Assembly: GCF_009834535.1 (NCBI RefSeq)
Contig: NC_045696.1
Location: 57,290,001-57,354,000, forward strand
DNA length: 64,000 nt
Reading direction: 5' to 3'
Source: Camelus ferus
Lineage: Eukaryota
The position numbers and the translations under genes are program-made. A model generated the notes under the pieces. That model was given only the letters and a program-made list of their open reading frames with translations. It did no database searches and was not told where the DNA came from. Shown one piece after another: positions 39,948 to 51,218 of the stretch (the stretch's first letter is position 1; the number at the start of each line of letters is the position of its first letter).

Positions 39948-41632
39948 ATATGCCAACAAATTCTCAGTCCGTGTCAACTAATTTTGGTTAAAAAGCGTTT
40001 TTGCCCTTGTAAAAGACATTTTGCAATTCTAAAATAATTTGGTCCACTGATTTCCCTGGCTCAAATGCCTATTTAATTTTTTTCAAAAAAACTACTGTAT
40101 AAATCAAAGAAATTTTCCCTTTGGGAAAAAACCTGGTTCCTTGTTCCCAACCAGCTTGCACCATGCAGAAGTGAAGCTTCCAATTCATCATCTCCAGGGT
40201 GCCCTTAGCAACCTTCTCATTTGTAATGTGAACCACAAATTTATGATGCCCATTTAGGTTGATAATTCCATAATCTCACTGTTGAGTTTCTTTCCATTAT
40301 GTGGGTATATGCAAGCTAGCATTGGGGAGTTAGGAGATGTTTACATCTATTTTTATTGACTATGTCCTAAAACATCTTGCATGTGCTCTATTATTTGTTC
40401 CCTAAACAGTCTTCTTCAAAAAATAATTATGAGCCTCTCCCTCATGAATCCATGCCTGCATCCATGTATTAAATAAACACTGATGTCAACTAGCCATTTG
40501 TTAGGAATAAACACAAATGAGACTAAGACCCTGCCTCCAGGAATTGTATAGCCTAGAACTGCCTAATATCTTCCCCTGTAGAATCAAATGTAAATAATTT
40601 AACTTACATACTAGAAATTTCATGATTTTTTTGGCTCACTTTTCCCCCCATTCAATGATTGTGATTGCCAACCACTCTTAAATATTATTTGGGAAAAACT
40701 AATTTCCTTGCAGAAAGGAAGAAAGAGAATTTAGTTGGAATCTAAAGGATGCTCATATTAAAATGGCTGTTTAAAGTAAAAAGGGAAATAGTTCTAAGAT
40801 CACAGGAAACACTTTTCTTACACAGAAGCAATGATAAGAAACTGAGGGTGAAGTGATCAGGTTAAAGGGTATCAGGTTTTGCCTACCCTCATAGACAAAT
40901 TTTAAAACTAGTGACTTCGCCACCACATCCTAGGTGGAAAGGCCAGCAGGGGTTTGAGTATCAGACTCCTAGATTTCTGCTGAGTCTTCTGTTCTAGTGA
41001 GACTCTTGTTAGTTAGCATACTTTTAGTTTCAAGCAATAGAAGACCAACTTAACATAAACAATGAAAGCTATTTATTGACCCATATAACTAAAAAATCCA
41101 ACAGTGATGGCTTCAGGTCAGGCTTGCTCTAGCAGGTCAAAATACCCCCAAATAACCTTTTTACTCTCTATTTCTTATCTCTACTTCCTCACTAGTGGCT
41201 CCACTCTAAGACACAGTTCTCCATGATTCCTGGTGGCTGCCAGCAGCTCCTAAGACTGCAGCTTCCCAGTTTAAACACAGAAAATCTTATTTCCTAACAT
41301 CTCAAATGAAAGTTCTGGAGTAGTCTCATTGACACTAATTGCCCTGATTTGAACCATGTGCCTATTCTAGAACTAATCACTGTTTCTGGGGTAGTCGGGG
41401 GTGCAGGGCAGGTGAATGTTGATAAGCAGACTGGTATTAGTCATTTCCACACAACGTATGGCTTACTGGGAAGATTATCAGTTGGAAGAGGGAACTAGGA
41501 ATTGAATGCTGGAGAAGGAAATAACTAAACACTCTCTGGAAGCTAAGAAAGGCATTTCCTTACACCATTCAAATAAAGCCAGCCTGAGGGTATTGCCCTG
41601 CTGTTCACTTTTGAGCGTGTCTCTCCTCACAG

Positions 41633-41848
41633 ATCTGGCAGTTCAGCAGCCTCTTCTCCAAAATCAAGAGCTGGGAGTTTAATGACGTCGCCTCCATGTC
41701 TGAGCACCTGAAGACCTGTCCTTTCAATGTTGTAGAACACAAGACTGAGCCGATTCTTTTGACCAGCATGTGTCAGCCCCATGAAAAGGCCCGGGAGAGC
41801 TTAGTCACCACCTTTAAAGCCAGACCACGGGGAAGATACACCTACTAA
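41633..41848 (+). CDS. FBXO40: FBXO40 last coding exon IWQFSSLFSKIKSWEF...RPRGRYTY* (protein total 710 aa)
   Basis: Acceptor ctcctcacag|atc, phase 0, taa at 41846-41848. Confidence 0.95.
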   Translation: MWQFSSLFSKIKSWEFNDVASMSEHLKTCPFNVVEHKTEPILLTSMCQPHEKARESLVTTFKARPRGRYTY

Positions 41849-43019
41849 AGACTCAGAACCTCCATTCTTGGTTTCCCACTCCGCATTACTACAAGCACAG
41901 TGTGGTTTGGAGGCCTTCCTTCTGTAAGCTGCAAATGTACTTACCTGGGTGTTTCAGAGCATGCGATGTCCTTCAAAACCTGAACACTTGCACAAGTTCT
42001 AAGAATTTCCTAAGCCATGGCTTGTATAATTGCTGTAGTGCCATACTGATAACATATTTCCTCCCCACCTACCTTTTTTTTTCCCTAAAATTAATCAGTC
42101 TGAGGAGTATATAGGTAACTTGAGGCCATTTGGAAGATGAGCCCAAGCCCTTAGGAGATGAGAGAGTAGTGGTTATGGAATAGCAACACCAGCACAGGCC
42201 TGTGCTTTAGTGGAGAGCTTTTCAGTTGATAAGCACTTTCAGTGATGTGGGGCCAGCAATGTAGGGAAGGGACGGAGGTGCCTCCCAGGGCACCCAGGGT
42301 GACGGCACAGAATGAAGGTTCTGGAGCTGAGGTTGTCTCGACAGCCAAGTCCAGTTCTCCTAGTTGCCCCACTGCCTCTAAGCCTAGACAGTCCCCACAC
42401 AGCCTGATGCCAGAGACCTTGGCTGGGCACAGCAGCCTCGAGGACACCACAGGCCAGCAACGAGAGGCAGAAATGAGGTCATAGAGTTTGCTGTGTAGAA
42501 TCTTGGCAACATAGAGAAGGACAGCCTTGAAAAGTGAAGAAGAATCCGAAGAATATACGTTATTTATGGAGAAAATTAGGACAAAATGTCACAGTCTTAC
42601 TTTTAAACATGTTAATAGCGGCTTAAGAGTCAAGGTTCTTTTCCTCTGAGCATTATATTCTAGGTCTGGATAGGGGAGAGCACAGGCATGGGCCGGCACC
42701 ACCCTGGACTATGTGAAACGATCTCAGGACACGGGGTGGCCCAAGGAGACCGTGCATTTGGACAAGCCCAGGCGAGGCCCGCGGCAGCGCCTGTGCTACC
42801 AGTCGCCGGGCGCTGGACACCACTTGGCTATCCCGTGGGGGATCTTGGGGAGGAAGGCAGCTGAACATAGAGATTCCCTTTAACTGCCCTACTATTGCTG
42901 GTCACGACTCCATTCTGTCAAAAATGTGTGACACTTCCGGCTTTTGATACCAAACAGTCAATACATATAAGAACAAAAGTAAAGTAAAAATACACAGTAG
43001 AAACTAGAATCCCCTAAAG

Positions 43020-43224
43020 CAGGGTTTCTTGGAACTATTGACATTTCGGATCGGATAATTCTGTCATAAGGGACTGTCCTGTACGTTATAGGATGTTTAG
43101 CAATATCCTTGACCTCTGTCCAAAAGATACCAGTACCACCCCCGCAGCTGTAACAGCCAAAAATGTTTCCAGACATTGCCAAATATTCTCTAGGAGCAAA
43201 ATCACTCCTGGTTGAGAACCACTG
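43020..43224. mobile_element. MER20-like hAT DNA transposon in the FBXO40 3' UTR region
   Basis: actattgacattt...ataattct...caaaaatgtttccagacattgccaaat...ggttgagaaccactg. Confidence 0.85.
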
Positions 43225-43744
43225 CCCTGAAGAATAAACTTACTGCCAATGGCAGTAAGTTAGGATAAGCTTTTTAGTACAGCAAAATCTTATCTCACAT
43301 AGTTATCTACAATGTCTTGATTTCATGCAACTCTTCTTTATTTACTAAATAGGTTTTAGACACATGGTGATTTCAAGTTGGGAACCAAATGGAGCTAGTT
43401 TGTTTGCTGTGGCTTCGTGTCCTTGGGTCCACGTGCAAAAGTATATCCTTTCAGCTCTCCAGGTGTAGCTGAAGCCAGGAAGATTGGGCTATATATCTTG
43501 TGTTTATATCCCTCTCACCTTACTTGGTGCCATTTTCCTAGCAGTCCTCAAGCAAGTGAGAAAGAAGGGAAAAGGAGGATGGACATTGTGGGGAAGCAGA
43601 GAACAAAAAGAATTTAGCCAACAACAACAAAAACAGTGCAGTCAGTATGACTGTCCGTTAATGCCTGAGTCTCTCTCTGTACATGGTCCAGAGCTGGTGT
43701 AGATGAAGTAGGTGATACCTCTGAGAGGTCAAGAAGGCATTAGA

Positions 43745-43805
43745 ACTAGAAGCTGATGCAACATTGTAAACTGACTATACTTCAATTGAAAAAAAAAAAA
43801 AAAGA
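43745..43805 (+). mobile_element. Extremely 5'-truncated L1 3' end with TSD
   Basis: caacattgtaaactgactatacttcaat plus poly-A; TSD aaggcattaga at 43734-43744 and 43806-43816. Confidence 0.85.
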
Positions 43806-45005
43806 AAGGCATTAGAGCAAGTCCCAGAGTAGAAAGATGCTACTTTCATTATAATGTGCCACTTGGTACTATTAGGTAATTTAATTCTATTTTTCCTAAT
43901 CCTTATTGTTTGGTTTACACTTCACATTGTATATAAGGCACTGTTTTCTAAAAATATAACTAGAGTGTGAGCTACAATTTTATTCAGTGAAGAAGAGCAA
44001 CTGGAACAACCAAACACTGAAATGGAAAAAGAAGGGAGAGTTCTCCAGGGATCTGTTCCATGTGTTTTGAATCTACTCCTATCTATATGGAGAAAGGAAG
44101 CTCCGAAAGTCCATTCTGGGTTTCTTATTTTAGTAGAAAAAGAGGGAATGGGGAGCTAAATAGTAAAGGAGATGAAAATCCAGGGCTACCATAAGCTGGA
44201 TGAGAATTATAGAGAAAGGAAGAGAGCAGAGAGCTCGTTCTTGACAGTCTGGGCAGCCCAGGGTTCAGGAGGACAATCAGGAGAGTGACCACACTGCTCT
44301 GTGGGCCCCACACTTCTAGTCACACTTTGCTTTCCCAGTTGCTGCCTTCAGTGCAATATTGAGTTGATTAACATCATCAAACACATTTTGGAAGATATCT
44401 AATTGTATATGTTGCAGAAAACCTGGGTAGATCAGGTATCCACTGGTCTACACAAACAAGCACATTTTATGGTGAGAGGGCAGTTAGAACAATAGGGAAG
44501 CCTTTTAGAAAGATGGTAGATTAGACGGAAGATGATCTGCTTAGTGAGACGAGGCTGTAGTGAGCAGCAAGCATTATCTGACAGAGGCAAGAGAGCTAGA
44601 CACAGCTTTGGATTGAGAAGCAGCTGCGGGGAGTGAAAAGAGACTGTGTACCCAAGAATGGAGCCTGGACAGGGAGGTGGCCATGAGCAGAGCCCTTGAA
44701 GGGTATCACTGCCAAGAAAGTCAGTCCAAGTAGAGATCAGCCGAACGTGGAGGGTGAGGTCTGAAGAACTGAGGCAGAAAGGACTTTGTTGCCTTAATAG
44801 TACAGGGATCTGGAAAGGAAACTTTTGTGTTATAATGAAGGGAAAAGTGAAAAGCAAGGTGGAACTTGGAGATATAGTAGTAAAACCACTGCAAAAGTGT
44901 GTTCTATGTGTGATGTCAAATCAAACTGAAGTGAAGAATGAGATTGTGTATACCTAGGGTAACTTACCTCTGTACACTGGGAATACCAATGTCTCTATAA
45001 AAAGA

Positions 45006-45011
45006 AATAAA
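45006..45011 (+). terminator. FBXO40: Candidate distal FBXO40 poly(A) signal
   Basis: aataaa ~3.2 kb after the stop codon, before the HCLS1 3' end. Confidence 0.5.
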
Positions 45012-46177
45012 AGCTGCTTTGCACTCTGACAGGCTAACTGGGTGAATCTTGTAAATGAGGTTTAGAGACAGATGTGTGATTCACTGGCACAGAAGTTGTT
45101 GTGCGTCTTGATGAAAAGCAAAGGGACAAGCCTGAGGTATGAAGAGCTCTAAGCACGTGGGCAGCTCACCAATGAGCTTTTCAGGACATTCACAAAGTCC
45201 TGCAGCAACTATGGGTCTCATCACCCATCTTAGCTCTTCCTTGAGCCCACCCTCTTCTCCATCTTTGAAACCTGGACCCAACTTCATGATCCTGGTATCT
45301 CCCCTGCCAGGTAACAATGGACCCAACTTCAGATAATGGTTATAGCACAGACTTTTCTGTGTTCTACCAAACAAAGATCCCCTATACCAAATCCCTGACT
45401 TTTCTTTGATTTGATTTTGATTTTGCATAGGATCTTCTATCTTGGACTTGCTGAGCCCAGTGGCCTGGAGTTTAGATAAACCCACTCTGTCCTGGCCTCT
45501 CATTCTCCCTCATCCTCATACATGGCTTGATGGTTTGTTTTTTGTCTGTCATTAGATGTCTAAAGGTCCTCACATCTTCTCCTAACAGCCTCAGCCATAA
45601 ACCACACAGAAATTTCATGAGCTTCCTCAACCTACCTTCTTTCCTCACCATCTATTTCAGTCATCCAACTACAAGGAAACTTGGACTTTCTCTAATAGAG
45701 GCCACTGTCTCTGACTCGAAGTCCTTTTAACACCTTGTTGGAACCTGTATTCCCTTAGCTTTAGTCTTTTTCTGTTGGTCAAATCTTTTCCTTGTTCTTT
45801 TCCCATAATTTATGCTTCTGCCTCAAGAATCATCATGTCCTAAAAGAGTGTAGTCATTACTCCCAGGGAGAAGGTGGCTGGCCTCTGACAACTGCTGAAA
45901 CCAATAGAAGGTGAACGGTCTGTGGACACTTCCTGGCCCCCTGTTCCCCTATCTAACTGCCATTCCTCACGGCTATCTGTTTTGGACTGGGTATAATGTC
46001 TAAGGAAAAGGCACAGCTCTTGACATCCAGGGTGCAGAGTGATGGGCAGTGGTTGGAGGGAGTTTTCTGGATATGCCTGAAAGAGGGAAGGAGAATTGGA
46101 ACCATGGGAGTTAGGGCTATTGAGGGCTGCATAAAAAGTATTAATTATCTCAGAATAGAGGTGAGTCATGATCCTAC

Positions 46178-46183
46178 TTTATT
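46178..46183 (-). terminator. HCLS1: Candidate HCLS1 poly(A) signal
   Basis: tttatt on + (AATAAA on -), ~430 nt after the stop. Confidence 0.65.
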
Positions 46184-46614
46184 TCCAATTGAGGACTGAG
46201 CAGAGAGAAGATTCAGAGATATCTCTGCAGAGAAGGAAATTGAACAAATAGCACAACCAGGCAAGTCAAGCAATATAGATATACCTTCCCAGATAAGCAA
46301 CCCAGGAAGCTCAGAGTCTGCAAAGGAAGGAAAAGCTTGGGGGGTTTGAGGTGGCAGTCATGGGGAAGAAGGCAGGACCACAGTATAAACATTCCTGAAT
46401 TCATCCAAGGTAGAGAGGACACTGAGGGGATGGAGACCCGTTTCCTCATATTGTCTCTGCCCCACACCCTAATGGAGAGGGAGAGGGAAGTCTGTCTAGA
46501 ACTTCAGGCAACTCATGACATCCTGTTAGACACTTGCAGCAGGGATGGAGAAGGGGTGGAGGCAGAGCCACTTTGGACATGGAAAGTCACAGTGCAGAAG
46601 ACAGAAGGGGACAG

Positions 46615-46751
46615 TTACTGGAGGAGCTTGACATAATTTGCAGGGAAGAGTCCAAAGTGGCCGTGGCAACGTCCCCGCCACCAGCCCTCATCCACCATCT
46701 CAATGTCAGTGATGATGTCATCTGGATCAAAGGAAATCTCATCACTTCCGT
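46615..46751 (-). CDS. HCLS1: HCLS1 last exon (SH3 C-half [44 protein letters not shown])
   Basis: SH3 WW and GLFPANYV motifs; acceptor ccccag; taa stop. Confidence 0.95.
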
Positions 46752-46949
46752 CTGGGGATAAAATTGACAGGATATTAGGATGGTTGACAGGAATCCCTCC
46801 ACTCCTGTGCCCACTTTAAACCTCAGAGAGGCAAATAGGCTTGTTCTTGATGCCAAGACTGGGTCCCACTCTGACTCCCTGGAGTCCATCCCCCTCTCAT
46901 GTACCAAGGGCCTCCAGGCACCAGAACCCTCAGGCCACTCCCAACCTAC

Positions 46950-47018
46950 CTCCTTGGTAATCATACAGGGCCACAGCTGAGATCCCAGCCCCAGCCCCAG
47001 CCGGGCAGCCTGATGATC
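46950..47018 (-). CDS. HCLS1: HCLS1 exon 13 (SSGCPAGAGAGISAVALYDYQG)
   Basis: SH3 ALYDY motif; ag/gt boundaries, phase 1-1. Confidence 0.93.
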
Positions 47019-47157
47019 CTGCATAATGAGAAATATAAACATGGTTTCAGCAACATGGAGAAGGAAAATAGACAGGTCCCTCCATGTAACAGGGCATTCT
47101 TCTTCCTCTTCCTCTCCCCTAGACTTGACCAAATTCAGGAGCTGCCCCACCACTCAC

Positions 47158-47272
47158 CAGCCAGAGTGGAGGAGAATGAAGGATCCTCAGGCTCGATCAC
47201 AGCCTCATAGTCTCCCTCTGATTCATCATTCTGCTCACATTTGTCCATCTCCCCAACATCTTCATAGTCATT

Positions 47273-47303
<31 letters not shown>

Positions 47304-47413
47304 TCGGGTTCGGGCTCGGGCTCGGGCTCAGGTGCCTCTTCATACACTGGCTCTTCTTCCAGCTGGAAGACTTCTGGAGTCCTGGGGGGCAGAGCTGGGG
47401 GCTTCTCATTGTC
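47158..47413 (-). CDS. HCLS1: HCLS1 exon 12 (Pro/Glu-rich, YEE/YED/YEA tyrosine motifs, (PE)10)
   Basis: DNEKPPALPPR...SSTLA; ag/gtgagt boundaries. Confidence 0.95.
47273..47332 (-). repeat. HCLS1: Coding hexamer repeat encoding (PE)10
   Basis: 10 units of ctcagg/ctcggg/ttcggg on +. Confidence 0.95.
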
Positions 47414-47763
47414 CTGAGAAGAGACAGTGTGAAACATGGTGATTTCCATTCACCAGGAGCTGCCTCTCCAAAACCTCCCACTGGAGGACGGCTAAGACGC
47501 TACCTGTCACCAAGCCACCACTTCTACTTTCCATCCTTGCCTCCTTCTACCGGCCTCTCCTAGGGAACACAGTCAGTCTTTCATCCATCTTCATTCTTCA
47601 ACCTCCTCCTACACCCACCCGCTCAAAATACCTACTAAGAGATGATAGAAGAGTAGTGTAAAAGGTATGAGGAGAGGGAAGTGGGAAGCAAGTCAGATTC
47701 CTTGGAAGACCAGGAAAACACTGAAGCAAAAGCCAAAAAAAACCTTCTTTGGAACACCACAGC

Positions 47764-47875
47764 TCGGATGACTAACTGTCCTAGTCTGCCTTGGACTGGG
47801 TGACTTCTCAGAATGTAAGAATTCCAACACTAAGACCAGGATAGTCCCAGACAAACCAGGATGGGTGATCACCCT
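47764..47875. mobile_element. MER81/MER94-like hAT MITE (a similar copy at ~32152-32245)
   Basis: ggatgactaactgtcc...ggatgggtgatcaccct inverted termini. Confidence 0.55.
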
Positions 47876-47943
47876 CTACTGCCCACCTACTACAACATGA
47901 GGAGATGGGGTAGGGGCTGAGAACCTTTGGGGGCTCTGCTTAC

Positions 47944-48048
47944 CTCTGGGGGGTGCTGCCTCGAAGGCAGGGCAGGCACTGGGTGTTCCCTACTGGTTCT
48001 CACGGGCTCAGGCTCTGACGATGGACAACTCCCTGCTGGAGGCCAGGC
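47944..48048 (-). CDS. HCLS1: HCLS1 exon 11 (AWPPAGSCPSSEPEPVRTSREHPVPALPSRQHPPE)
   Basis: 105 nt, phase 0-0, cag/gtaagc. Confidence 0.92.
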
Positions 48049-48451
48049 CTGCGGAGAATGAAGTATGTCCCCAGTGAGCAAGCAGACTTCTCCCGCGTGC
48101 TGACCTGGAACACCCCTCCTATGTCTGTCAATTCAAATCAATCATCCCTCATGACAGGCTCCAACCTGAGATGACAGCTCCTTCCTCTTGTTCTTGCAAC
48201 AGTAATTGGCTGCACTGGCTGGTGACCTAGCTTCTGTTTTACTATGTAAATCTTGTTTTTTTTTCACCTAACATTCTCATACATGAGGCTCAGTTATATA
48301 GTAAGACTGAAATCTTCCTGCAGCAGCAGCTGTAAACTCTGCCTAACACTGGGGAGGCCTGTGCCTTATTTTCTACTAAGGATTTGCACACCTTAGGCTC
48401 CTGTCTGGGCAAGGAATCCTGGATGTGGATCCCAGAAGGCCAAGCACTTAC

Positions 48452-48663
48452 ATCTGAGGAGATTTTCTTGGGCAATGGGGCTGGTGCCACCGGCTCCTCC
48501 GAAGTGGCCACGGGCTGCTGAGCCATGTGGCTTGTCTTTACCAGGGCCTTTCTCTCCTGTTGCTGCCTGGCCATCTGCCGTGCCTTCTCTTCTTCCTCCT
48601 GCTTCCTCTTTTCCTCAGCCATGGACTCAAATTTTGCCTTCAGCCCCCGGGCACCACTAGAAG
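48452..48663 (-). CDS. HCLS1: HCLS1 exon 10 (coiled coil, GLKAKFESMAEEKRK...KKISSD)
   Basis: 212 nt, phase 1-0, cag/gtaagt. Confidence 0.95.
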
Positions 48664-48863
48664 CTGCAGACACAGGCAAGAAAAACCAGGGTTGTCTTGG
48701 GTTGGAGGTGAGGGAGTGGTGCTTGAAAGAAGAAGATGAGTCAGCTAAATATCCAGGAGAAGGGCAGACAGAGAGGGAGCTCATGGAAAGGGAGGCAAAG
48801 AGGTATCGATGAAGGAACAAGGGGATAATAGAAGGATGATGCAGCCCTGAAGCCTAGATTTTC

Positions 48864-49344
48864 CTTTTTTTTTTCCATTTTTTAGTTTTATTTGGTAGAA
48901 TTATTACAGTTTGAGGGGGAGGGTATATCTCAAGTGGTAGAGCACAAGCCTAGCATGCATGAGGTCCTGGGTTCAATCCCCAGTACCTCCTTCTAAAAAA
49001 ATAAACTAAAAAACCTAATTACCTCCCTGCCCCCCACAAAAAGAATTATTACAGTTTGACTACACATATACATTATATTGCATATACTGCACTTTTTTTT
49101 TAGTTTACATATACATACAGATCATTGTCTCTAGAGCTTTAGCTTTTTAAACTTACATAGGCATCAAAGGAATAAAGCCAAAATTAGAATCAATAGAATG
49201 TGGTGATCCAATCATAAAGGACAGTCAAATATGCTTACACATATTCAAGAAATCAGTCATCTAAGTTATAAATAATAAGTTGTTCATTTGTGTCCTTATT
49301 TTTTTTTTAATTTTTTTAGATTCCACCTATAAGTGATATCATAT
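48864..49344 (-). mobile_element. Poly(A)-tailed retro-insertion with 18-bp TSD, containing a nested SINE (48915-49041, +)
   Basis: Outer TSD cctgaagcctagattttc (48846-48863, 49345-49362); inner TSD agaattattacagtttga (48897-48914, 49042-49059). Confidence 0.85.
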
Positions 49345-49771
49345 CCTGAAGCCTAGATTTTCATACAGCCAGGCCATGTGATCTCAGACTCTTGTCTTTT
49401 CTAAGTCATAAAGCTTGGTCCTTTAACCTGCATCCTTCCCTGTCCACATTTCTTAAATCTTTATGCCCTCTGGCCACTGAACTCCACCCTCCATCCCCCA
49501 CGGAAAGCACCTTTCCCCATGTATTCTTCCTAATTGGTTCCCTCCCTCCCACCTTTCCTGTGTACTCTGCTCAGTTTCTTCCCCAATGTCACTCTCTCTA
49601 TCCACTTAACCTGAGTTTTCTGGGAGAGAGAATCTGGGAATATGAGGGTAGATGTCAAGTCTACGTCAGCTAATCTAGTAGTTAAAGGCACGGAAAAGGT
49701 AGTCTAGGAAGAAGAAAGAATGAGAAGGGAGAGGAGGTTGAGGAGCAGAGAGACGGGGACTTAAGACTCAC

Positions 49772-49841
49772 CAGCCTCTGTGGGTGTTGTCTTCTTATAA
49801 GCTGTGGTTGGGGCCTCCATTTCATTGAAGCCAACAGCACT
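49772..49841 (-). CDS. HCLS1: HCLS1 exon 9 (SAVGFNEMEAPTTAYKKTTPTEA)
   Basis: 70 nt, phase 0-1, cag/gtgagt. Confidence 0.95.
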
Positions 49842-50400
49842 CTGCAGGTAGAAGAGTATATGTAGTGGGGGTGGGGGGACAGGGGAGGGAGTACTAATGA
49901 GCCAGAAGGCAGTACTGGGGATTGGAGCCACTCCAGGAGAACTCCCTAACCATCTGATGCTCATCAGTTGGATAGAGTATTCAGATACTGTTGTTTTGTG
50001 GCAGAGAGAGGGGTAAAGAAGTTTGAAACTGGTGGGATCAGCTCCCCTTTTTAAAAGCACAGTGTTCCTGGAATCTCACATCTCTAAAACCAGTTGCTGG
50101 GATGCAGCAGGGCCTCTGGCCGGAGCATGAAGAGGTGTAAGGGAAGACAGTGAATGGAGTGGGAAGAGATTATAGACTGAGTTAAGCAATGCCAAGCAAT
50201 CAATGAAATTTCAATCATCCTTCCCTGGAGTTTATCTGTCCTCTGTCTCTCTCTGCTTCCCGCCACTCTCCAGGAGAACAGAGCAGGGCATCTAGCTTTT
50301 CCCATCCTTTCCCCAGCTTGGCCCCTCACTCTTCTCCATGCACTTCAGGGAACTCTTCTCAAGACACTGGTGTCCTGGTTTACCTTATCCACTGGTTTAC

Positions 50401-50456
50401 CTTATCCACTCGGTCCTTCTGGATTCCATACTGACCACCAAAGCCCTTGGCATAAT
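50401..50456 (-). CDS. HCLS1: HCLS1 exon 8 (YAKGFGGQYGIQKDRVDK)
   Basis: HS1/cortactin half repeat; 56 nt, phase 1-0; donor gtaaac is duplicated. Confidence 0.93.
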
Positions 50457-51107
50457 CTGCAGGATGGAAAGATCTGAGAGTTATAAGAGGAGTTAAAATG
50501 CTGGAAATGTGTAGGAAGAGGGAGAAGTGGGAAGAAAGACCAGAAGACATGAATAAGGAAAACAGATCGACAGGCTGTGTGGGAATCAGAGGACAGAGAG
50601 AGGCATGGATGGGGAGGAGATAGAAAACAGGGGGAGAAAAACAGGTGGGAGGGAATGGAGGGGAGAAGGATGGGAAGAGGAAAATAAAAAGAAAGAAATG
50701 ACAGAAAAGGGGAAAATATAAAGGGAGGAACAGGAAAAACTAAGGAGAGCCTGCACCCCAGCTATCCCATTGTGTCCCAGGGAAGAAGGGGACCTCTCTC
50801 CGTGAAGCAGCGGGGCCTCTAAGACTCACGGGCAAATCGCTCTCGTGCCGGTCCATCTTCATCCTGTTTCCAATGAGCCCTTCTCTTCAGTCTCCTTCCT
50901 CTGTCCTGGTCCCAATCTTGCTGTTCGCCCTTCTACCCCTGTTAGTCTCCCCCGAACTACCCCCAAATATGTACACTTACTCTTCATCCCACCACTTCCA
51001 CTGCACATCTGCCCCTCTGTATTCTGGGTCCTCCGTGTCAGCTTTCAGGAAGGCAGAAGGAAGGCCCTATGCACTCTGTGACCTCCCTCCCCTCCAACCC
51101 AACTCAC

Positions 51108-51218
51108 CTCTCTGGGATTCATGTTTTTCTGTCTCTCCCTTGTAGTCATATCCCAGAGCGGCCTTGTCTCGTTTATCCTTCTCTATCCCGTATCGGCCAC
51201 CAAAGCCGCGAGAGTAAT
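51108..51218 (-). CDS. HCLS1: HCLS1 exon 7 ([36 protein letters not shown])
   Basis: 37-aa HS1 repeat, 111 nt, cag/gtgagt. Confidence 0.95.

Noticed and set aside
47026..47481. ORFs with (RA)n or (SP)n runs
   Set aside because: Alternative frames of the HCLS1 Pro-Glu hexamer repeat
50540..51060. Purine-rich then pyrimidine-rich tracts in HCLS1 intron 7
   Set aside because: Low complexity; I could not establish a specific inverted repeat by eye
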